Part shown: in pieces, positions 56,021 through 64,000 of the stretch
Layout of the letters: each line of letters opens with the position of its first letter
How positions within the stretch are numbered: position 1 is the first letter of the stretch
Assembly: GCA_043797815.1 (NCBI GenBank)
Contig: JAZDPG010000115.1
Span: forward strand, 147,573-211,572
Source of the DNA: Bacteroidota bacterium
GTDB taxonomy: Bacteria; Bacteroidota; Bacteroidia; Bacteroidales; GCA-2748055
Reading direction: 5' to 3'
DNA: 64,000 bases
Translations under genes and position numbers: made by a program
The notes under the pieces: generated by a model
Database searches by the model: none
The model's input: the letters and a program-made list of their open reading frames with translations, nothing else
Told to the model about the DNA's origin: nothing

Positions 56021-58919
56021 CCTTCAATTATATAATCTGTTGCACAAAGGCAGGATGGGCTTCATCCTGCTTTTGTTTCTTTCGGCCTCACTGAGCGCCC
56101 AGTTCTATGAATATGGCCAGGATGCAGGAAGGCTCCGCTGGTACCAGTTTAAAACGCCCAACTACCAGGTGATATTTCCCAAGGGAATAGACAGCCTGGC
56201 TGGTGCATTTGCCTGCCGACTGGAGTCTTTCTACCCTCACCTGGGGACAGCTTTGGAGCATCGACACAGCCCCATGCCTGTGATTGTCCATAACGAGTCC
56301 AGCTTTTCAAACGGCGTGTTTGTCTGGGCGCCCAAAAGGCTTGAGATCTTTACCAATCCGGACCCCAACGGATATAACCAGGATTGGCTCACCCAGCTTG
56401 CGCTGCACGAAGGGAGGCACGCGGTCCAGATTGACAAACTAAACCAGGGCATCACCAGGGGCCTTTATTACTTGGGAGGAGAACAGATGGTGGGTGCCAT
56501 GGCCGTATTCCTTCCCTATTGGTACCTGGAGGGTGATGCCGTTGATTCAGAGACCAGGTTATCAAAAAGCGGCCGGGGCAGACAACCTTCATTCGAAATG
56601 GGATTGAAGGCCCAGATGCTTGAATCGGACCGCGTTTTCTCTTTTTCCAAAGCCACCATGGGGTCTTACAGGCACTATGTTCCCAATCACTATGAGTTGG
56701 GTTACCTGATGGTGCGTTACGGACGAAGAACCTACTCTGATCAGTTTTGGATCGACTTTCAGAACAACGCTGCACGAAAACCATTTCTGTTGAATCCGAC
56801 CTTTTTCAGTATGAAAAAGTATGGTCTCACATCAAAGAAGCAGTTTTACCTCGATGCCCTGCGTTATTACAGGCAACACTGGGTCAGGATGGATTCTTTG
56901 CGTACACTTACACCCTTTCTGGATTGGAACAGCCAGAGAAAGCGTCCTTATACCAATTACAGGTTTCCGCATGCAATTTCCGGATCGCTGTTGTTTGCAT
57001 TTAAGAATGGACAGGACCAGATACCGGAGTTTATCATGCTTGGGCAAAACGGGGAAGAGCGGACCATTTTCCGCCCGGGTTACCTGAGTTCGGACAGGGT
57101 AAGCTTTTCCGGGAGCCATGTGGTCTGGGATGAATTCGTCTCGGATACCCGCTGGAGTAACCGCAATTACTCCGTGGTAAGAAGTTACGAAATTGCCACC
57201 GGAAAGGTAAGCAACCTGGGAAGAAAGACCAGGTATTATGCCCCCGCTGTTTCAAATGACGGATCGATGGTGGTGGTAGTGGAACAATCGGAGCGACAGG
57301 AATTTAGCCTGGTGATCCTGGGGATGGATGGAACTGTGAAGAGGAAGGTTTCATCTCCGGGCAACAGGTATATTCAGCATCCCTGCTGGATGGAGGAAGA
57401 CACGGCAGTGGTGATGATTCAATCTGAGGGTTCGGTGAAATCACTGGTCAGTTATCATCCCGGCAAAGACTCCTGGGAAGTTTTTTTTCATGCCGGGGAT
57501 GATGATATCTCCTATCCGGTGGTGAAAGGGGACCGGGTCTATTTCAGTGCTACCTTTTCAGGCATTGACAACATTTTCTGTCACGACATGACCGGGGGCA
57601 AAACCTTTCAGGTAACCTCTTCCCGTTTCGGAGCTTTCCAGCCACAGATTTCTGAGGATGGAAGCAGGTTGTTCTATTCCAATTACACTTCCAACGGATA
57701 TAAAATTGCCGAACTTGATATGAACCGGGGATTGTGGAAACCACTGGAGGAGTCCAGAAGTCATGCCGAACAGTTGGATTACCGGCAAACACCACGGGAG
57801 CAGCAGGTCTTCGAAGAGACGTCAGATATGGATACAGCCTCATATCCAATCACAAAATACTCCAAAATCGCTCACCTGTTCAATGTTCATTCATGGCTTC
57901 CACTTTATGTGGATTATCTGAATCCCGAACTGGCCCCGGACCCTGAACATATTCCTGTCAGTCTGGGCGTTTCACTGATCTCCCAGAATCACCTGAGCAC
58001 TGCAGTAAGCCAGCTTGGATATGAATACCGCAATGGCTATCATATGTTCCATTCGGGAATCAAACTCAAAGGCCGCTACCCTGTGATGAATCTTTATCTT
58101 GATTACGGGGGGGAGCCCGATATACTGCTGCTGAACCAGGAGGCTGATACCGCCATGGCAATGCCCCGGGACCTGGGCTTTGTTGCCCAGACCTATGTAC
58201 CGATCCGCCTCAACACAGGAAAGTACATTTCCTTTATTCAACCAGGGATTGAATATAACTACCGGAGGGACCTGCAATACATCGAGGAGGATGGGGTTTA
58301 CCGCCAGGGTGTGCACTACCTGTACTACAGGTTTTACGCTTCGACCTACCTGAGAAAGGGCCAGCGTGATATCCTGCCCAGGGCAGGCATTTCTACAAAC
58401 CTGGTATATTATCATGCGCCTTTTGACCACAGGGTTTATGGTGCAGCTTCCAACGTCGGCTTTACGGCTTACCTTCCTGGCATTTTGAAGCATCAGACCA
58501 TCAGGTTCTCTGTGCAGAACCAGAGGCAGTATCCGCTGGATATGTCCAGGCCAGCCTTTATCAATTTCATAGCTCTGCCCAGGGGGCTCTATTCAATTTT
58601 CGGAGAGGTGCTGACCAGGTACAGCGGTGATTATGTATTCCCGCTCCTTTATCCGGATTTGGAAATTTCATCGCTGGTTTACTTCAAACGGATCAGGGGT
58701 GCCGTCTGGGCTGATTACATGGTGGGCAGCCATGTGGTGATCCATGACCCTACTCCTCATTATGAAGACAAAACCTACACAACCATTGGTATCGACCTGG
58801 TTGTTGATATGAATATTCTCCGGATACCTTTCCCGCTGTCGGTAGGAGGAAGGATTATATATGAACCGGCAACCGGCAGGTCGCTGTTTGAATGGATCTA
58901 CTCCGTCGAAATCAATTAA
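56007..58919 (+). CDS. large secreted protein: HExxH-containing N-domain, TolB-like beta-propeller region and beta-barrel-like C-terminus
   Basis: Signal 'MGFILLLFLSASLSAQ' (alternative start 56055). 'LALHEGRHAVQ' is the HExxH motif. Repeated 'F/YYSP..S.DGS..VF' propeller-like blades occur (e.g. 'YYAPAVSNDGSMVVVV', 'FQPQISEDGSRLFYS'). The C-terminal ~350 aa consist of alternating strands rich in Y/G. Confidence 0.5.
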   Translation: MQKTNLQLYNLLHKGRMGFILLLFLSASLSAQFYEYGQDAGRLRWYQFKTPNYQVIFPKGIDSLAGAFACRLESFYPHLGTALEHRHSPMPVIVHNESSFSNGVFVWAPKRLEIFTNPDPNGYNQDWLTQLALHEGRHAVQIDKLNQGITRGLYYLGGEQMVGAMAVFLPYWYLEGDAVDSETRLSKSGRGRQPSFEMGLKAQMLESDRVFSFSKATMGSYRHYVPNHYELGYLMVRYGRRTYSDQFWIDFQNNAARKPFLLNPTFFSMKKYGLTSKKQFYLDALRYYRQHWVRMDSLRTLTPFLDWNSQRKRPYTNYRFPHAISGSLLFAFKNGQDQIPEFIMLGQNGEERTIFRPGYLSSDRVSFSGSHVVWDEFVSDTRWSNRNYSVVRSYEIATGKVSNLGRKTRYYAPAVSNDGSMVVVVEQSERQEFSLVILGMDGTVKRKVSSPGNRYIQHPCWMEEDTAVVMIQSEGSVKSLVSYHPGKDSWEVFFHAGDDDISYPVVKGDRVYFSATFSGIDNIFCHDMTGGKTFQVTSSRFGAFQPQISEDGSRLFYSNYTSNGYKIAELDMNRGLWKPLEESRSHAEQLDYRQTPREQQVFEETSDMDTASYPITKYSKIAHLFNVHSWLPLYVDYLNPELAPDPEHIPVSLGVSLISQNHLSTAVSQLGYEYRNGYHMFHSGIKLKGRYPVMNLYLDYGGEPDILLLNQEADTAMAMPRDLGFVAQTYVPIRLNTGKYISFIQPGIEYNYRRDLQYIEEDGVYRQGVHYLYYRFYASTYLRKGQRDILPRAGISTNLVYYHAPFDHRVYGAASNVGFTAYLPGILKHQTIRFSVQNQRQYPLDMSRPAFINFIALPRGLYSIFGEVLTRYSGDYVFPLLYPDLEISSLVYFKRIRGAVWADYMVGSHVVIHDPTPHYEDKTYTTIGIDLVVDMNILRIPFPLSVGGRIIYEPATGRSLFEWIYSVEIN

Positions 58920-58964
58920 TCCCACTTTTCCATGGTATCCTAAATGTGCTAATTTTGTAGCTGC

Positions 58965-59729
58965 ATGGATGAGCTTTTTTCATATGGTTGGCCGGGAATA
59001 AAGAAATTCTTTCGGAAAAATCTGGTATCGGTGCTTTATACCCTGATCTTTCATCTTATGGTATTGATCATCCTGATTTTTGTAAGGGTCGAAGGACTAA
59101 AAAGAGGACAGGAGCTGGGAATAGAACTGGAATTCGAGGAAAAGACTGTCGAAGACATTCTGGAAATGGAAGAGATGAAAGTGCCTGCCGAATGGCTGGA
59201 GGAGATATTGAGGCAGAGGGATGCTTCCAGCAACAGGGCTGTAAACCTGAATGCTGAAAACAGATTCAGTGCGGATATTTCCACCGAAGATTATGTACAC
59301 GATCTGCTGGATCAGATTGAAATAGCCCGCAACCAGGAAGACAGGGAGAAACTGGAAGAGCTTCAGGCCATCCTGGCTTCGGCAGATTATATACCCCCTG
59401 CTGAAGTATCTGAAGAGGAACAGGGTGAATTTACGGGGCCCACCACCATCACCTTTGAGTTTCTTCAGGAGCCCCTTCAAAGAAGGAAGGTAAACCTGGT
59501 TATACCGGTCTACCGCTGCCAGGGTTCGGGAATGGTGCAGGTTGATATTCTGGTTGACAGGGACGGAACGGTTTCCGGAGCGGAAATAAAAGAGCCCATT
59601 GTGGGAGAAGACAGGGTCTGTTTTGCCGATGCCGCACTTGAAGCGGCAAAGTCGTCGCGGTTTCGGATCGATTTTAATGCACCGGAGAAGCATCCGGCAG
59701 TGATTACCTACACTTTTGTGGCCCAGTAG
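58965..59729 (+). CDS. TonB C-terminal-domain protein (membrane-anchored, acidic linker)
   Basis: One N-terminal TM helix ('LIFHLMVLIILIFV'), then a Glu-rich linker. The C-terminal 'GSGMVQVDILVDRDGTVSGAEI...DAALEAAKSSRF' is TonB_C-like. Confidence 0.5.
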   Translation: MDELFSYGWPGIKKFFRKNLVSVLYTLIFHLMVLIILIFVRVEGLKRGQELGIELEFEEKTVEDILEMEEMKVPAEWLEEILRQRDASSNRAVNLNAENRFSADISTEDYVHDLLDQIEIARNQEDREKLEELQAILASADYIPPAEVSEEEQGEFTGPTTITFEFLQEPLQRRKVNLVIPVYRCQGSGMVQVDILVDRDGTVSGAEIKEPIVGEDRVCFADAALEAAKSSRFRIDFNAPEKHPAVITYTFVAQ

Positions 59730-59735
59730 GCCCGG

Positions 59736-60731
59736 TTAATTCTCAGCATCATAAAGCGTACGGGCAGTTTCTGCAATACGGCTGATGTTCTGATCCATCA
59801 TACATTTGAAATGTTTTTTCGGGCATTTCTGGAATCCGATTTTCGAACATGGCCGGCAACGCAATCCGGGTACCTCGAAGCCAAGGGAGGAGGGATCGCT
59901 CTTAAATGGGGACATGCCAAATGCCGGGACAGTATTGCCCCAGATTGTAATGATCTTTTTCCCGAAAGCAGCCCCGATGTGCATCAGCCCGGTATCGTGG
60001 GTAATGAGCAAACGTGCCTGTTGCACCAGGGAGGCGGACTGGTGAATGGAATAATGTCCGCAGCTGTTCAGAAGTGTTTGCCCTGGCAGTGCCGCCACAA
60101 TGGATTCGCCGGTTTCCCGGTCACCCGGCCCCCCCAGTATGATCACAGGATGTGTCAGTTTATTGCATAATTCGATCAGTGACCCTAGGGGAAGTTTTTT
60201 GGTTTGGTGCTGCGCCCCGATGGAAAGGCCGATATAGCCGTTGCGGAAGGGATCGGGAAGCTGAGAAAGCTGGATTTGTTCCGCCTGGGGGATGAAGTAG
60301 TCCAGGCCGGCTTCATCGGCTTCTTCAATGAAAGAGCTGATGGTCTCCATATTCCTGTCTACCATGTGGATATCGGGAAGCCTGTTCAATTTAAGGTTTA
60401 CCAGGAGCCATTTCTGAACATTCAGCTTTCGTACGGAGAAATCCATTCGTTTCAGGCCGTATTTGATACGTGCGGTACGTGTATTGTGATGCAAATCAAT
60501 GATGTAGTCAAAGCCCTCTTCCCTGAGGCTCTTCAGACAGGTTTTCATATCTCCCTTGAAGGCATGGACCTTGTCAATATAAGGGTTGGTTTCAAGCAGT
60601 GTGGCAAAGGATTGTTTGGTAAGGTAGTGAACTTCAGCATCGTCCACCTGTTTCTTCAGATGGCGCACTACGGGAGTGGTGAGTACAATGTCTCCAATGG
60701 AACTGAAGCGGACTACCAGGAATTTAACCAT
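59736..60731 (-). CDS. glycosyltransferase family 9 (LPS heptosyltransferase-like)
   Basis: 'KFLVVRFSSIGDIVLTTPVVRHLK', 'LITHDTGLMHIGAAFGKKIITIWG' and 'CRPCSK'. Confidence 0.85.
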   Translation of the reverse strand: MVKFLVVRFSSIGDIVLTTPVVRHLKKQVDDAEVHYLTKQSFATLLETNPYIDKVHAFKGDMKTCLKSLREEGFDYIIDLHHNTRTARIKYGLKRMDFSVRKLNVQKWLLVNLKLNRLPDIHMVDRNMETISSFIEEADEAGLDYFIPQAEQIQLSQLPDPFRNGYIGLSIGAQHQTKKLPLGSLIELCNKLTHPVIILGGPGDRETGESIVAALPGQTLLNSCGHYSIHQSASLVQQARLLITHDTGLMHIGAAFGKKIITIWGNTVPAFGMSPFKSDPSSLGFEVPGLRCRPCSKIGFQKCPKKHFKCMMDQNISRIAETARTLYDAEN

Positions 60732-61517
60732 CTAAACCAGATCCTTGAAAAAGAGCAACAGGGCCAGCCAGTATTCCGAGTAGTTTTCATTTTCGGTACC
60801 GAGTGAGGCTGATCCCCGGCCGCCCTCACCAAGCTTGGGTTCAAAAATTGTCAGGTAATCTTCCTCTACAGCTGAGACCAGCTGGATCACATAGGGTAGT
60901 TCGGACAGGCTGGATGTAACGAAAGTTGGCTTTTTCAATGCAGCAATGGTATCCTGGATGCTGAGTTCGGGAAGGAAATACTCCCCGGGACTGAAAGCCA
61001 CAACGGCCCTCACATGGTTATTCTCCGTGGCAACCTTCAGGCTGAGTGATCCATTGGCCATGCTTCCAAAAAGGATCACCGGCTGATTGGAGCGCCCGAA
61101 TGCGTATTCAATGGCGGCAAGCATATCCTTTTCCAGCCCGGACAGATCAGTGGGGCACTTTATTGCCTGGCAACGTTTTACTGTTTCGTTGGAAATGAAA
61201 TTGTCATTGCCGCCGTTGCGCATATCCACAGCCAGGCAATTGTAATCCATTTTGCACAATTTCCGGGCAATGGTCTCAAATTCACCACGGCTCGATCCCT
61301 GTTCATGAAACAGAAGGATATAAGGATTGTCTTTTCCGATGATATATTCATCTGCCGTGACCTGGAGGCCATCTGCCGATTCAAAGGTCAAAGTCTCTTT
61401 CTTTGTCACACTGTACGAAGACAGCACAAAGGACATGAAGAGAAATGCGAAGGTGATGAAAACACTATTTCTTTGCAGTTTCGGCAAGCACAATGATTTT
61501 GTTGTTTTTTGCTTCAA
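60732..61517 (-). CDS. alpha/beta-hydrolase-fold protein (dienelactone-hydrolase-like)
   Basis: Signal-like N-terminus. 'PYILLFHEQGSSRGEF' and 'VILFGSMANGS' are present. The start at 61517 would overlap the atpC 3' end by 53 bp; the alternative Met is at 61436. Confidence 0.5.
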   Translation of the reverse strand: MKQKTTKSLCLPKLQRNSVFITFAFLFMSFVLSSYSVTKKETLTFESADGLQVTADEYIIGKDNPYILLFHEQGSSRGEFETIARKLCKMDYNCLAVDMRNGGNDNFISNETVKRCQAIKCPTDLSGLEKDMLAAIEYAFGRSNQPVILFGSMANGSLSLKVATENNHVRAVVAFSPGEYFLPELSIQDTIAALKKPTFVTSSLSELPYVIQLVSAVEEDYLTIFEPKLGEGGRGSASLGTENENYSEYWLALLLFFKDLV

Positions 61518-61713
61518 TTACTCCGCCATCCACGTCGAAGAAGAAAGTAGCTCCCTTCGTATCGACAATCTTAATTTTTCCCTGTTCAAGGGTAGAGATG
61601 ATGGGGGCATGGTTAACCAGGATCTCAAATGATCCTTTTGAACCGGGGACCTGAACAAGATCCACTTCCCCTGAGTATAACGCTTTATCCGGTGCAATAA
61701 TTTCCAGCAACAT
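61465..61713 (-). CDS. atpC: F0F1 ATP synthase subunit epsilon (short, beta-sandwich only)
   Basis: 'LEIIAPDKALYSGEVDLVQVPGSKGSFEILVNHAPIIS'. It lies directly downstream of atpD. Confidence 0.9.
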   Translation of the reverse strand: MLLEIIAPDKALYSGEVDLVQVPGSKGSFEILVNHAPIISTLEQGKIKIVDTKGATFFFDVDGGVIEAKNNKIIVLAETAKK

Positions 61714-61719
61714 ACAATC

Positions 61720-63249
<1,530 letters not shown>

Positions 63250-63349
63250 CTATAAAAATGCGTTTATTTTGGTAGCACAAATTTAGCACTTTTTTGAAGG
63301 GAACCTTGCAATTTGTGATAAGTTTGAAACAATATTGATCAGGAAACGT

Positions 63350-63982
63350 ATGAATAAATCTACTTATACCCTGATAGCATATCGCGTGAAATACATTCGG
63401 CTCCTCATTGCTGTTGCCTTTAGCCTGATGGTAAATATGGGCAATGGTAACCTCACCTCCGCCCAGGTATACAGGATTGGGGCCGGTCTGAGTTTTGCTA
63501 CAGGATATGAGTATAATTCAATACCCATTGGGAATCCCGGATTGAAAGTAAAAACATGGATTGCACTGGACAAGCGAAGCACAATACACATTGTACCGAC
63601 CCTTTCAGCCTTTAACCGGAATTTCCTGGATGCAGGCTACTACTCCATTACAAACCATATGTTTATGGGTGATCTGGATGCCCAGTATCTGATATTCAAA
63701 GACCAAACCCTTCAGATTGTTGTATTTGGCGGAGGGAATGTGACCCACCTGACTTCTGCTGTAGCGCAAACTGATCCGAAATACCCCATTCCTGAATATG
63801 CACCTGGGGATAAATCGGATTTTGCTATTGGTGCAAATCTGGGTGCCGGACTGGAGTTGCGCATGGCTGCCAAATGGGATATGAATGTTTCTGCCAAGTA
63901 CATCATTTCCAAATACTCTCAGCTCATTATTTCTGTAGAGGGCGTTTATTACTTTAAAAACCGCCGGAGGGTCAGAAGATGA
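63350..63982 (+). CDS. outer-membrane beta-barrel (porin-family-like) protein
   Basis: Signal-like 'IRLLIAVAFSLMV...TSAQ'. Alternating strands follow, with 'GANLGAGLELRM' and a C-terminal 'VEGVYYF'. The ATG at 63350 is preferred over the TTG at 63335. Confidence 0.5.
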   Translation: MNKSTYTLIAYRVKYIRLLIAVAFSLMVNMGNGNLTSAQVYRIGAGLSFATGYEYNSIPIGNPGLKVKTWIALDKRSTIHIVPTLSAFNRNFLDAGYYSITNHMFMGDLDAQYLIFKDQTLQIVVFGGGNVTHLTSAVAQTDPKYPIPEYAPGDKSDFAIGANLGAGLELRMAAKWDMNVSAKYIISKYSQLIISVEGVYYFKNRRRVRR

Positions 63983-64000
63983 TTTTTTTATATCTTTAGT

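Overview
This 64-kb window looks like chromosomal DNA from a Bacteroidota genome. The supporting signs are T9SS-type C-terminal sorting domains, a BlaR1-TonB fusion, an F-ATPase split into atpBEFHAG and a distant atpDC, and a TAnnTTTG-type -7 box. I call about 60 CDS, one tRNA-Val(GAC) and one clear pseudogene. I saw no rRNA, CRISPR array, transposase or integrase. Recognisable blocks, in order: (1) DUF3160/T9SS protein, TPR protein and a blaI-blaR1 pair; (2) a three-gene [FeFe]-hydrogenase operon, hydC-hydB-hydA; (3) sulfatase, a membrane-anchored LuxR-type regulator and a low-GC five-gene block ending at tRNA-Val; (4) methyltransferase, DUF2817, OMP, class IV aminotransferase and FtsX permease; (5) yceD-rpmF-(plsX remnant)-fabH-bactofilin-atpZ-atpBEFHAG; (6) a low-GC AsnB-like gene and a tail-fibre/YadA-like repeat protein; (7) carB, then divergent argR-GNAT-argG-proC-argE-argH-proB-proA, then carA; (8) TlpA-like oxidoreductase, polyprenyl synthase, DUF2723 (GT-C-like), a SUI1-like protein, a 970-aa HExxH/propeller/barrel protein, a TonB-like protein, GT9, a hydrolase and atpDC. 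The observations most worth a second look are these. plsX, inside the otherwise intact rpmF-plsX-fabH cluster, is a heavily deleted remnant read in three frames. The hydrogenase has a minimal NuoF-core HydB, and HydA carries TSCSPGW in place of the canonical TSCCPxW motif. A T10 homopolymer puts the ATG and first beta-strand of an orphan response regulator out of frame. A sharp ~4.3-kb low-GC block (rsgA paralog, DPS-like ferritin, methyltransferase, two secreted hypotheticals) abuts the tRNA-Val 3' end. A low-GC orphan AsnB-like PP-loop enzyme sits downstream of the fibre protein. The arg/pro hybrid cluster has tandem ARG boxes but lacks argB/C/D/F in this window. All functional calls come from motif recognition by eye; no database search was run.
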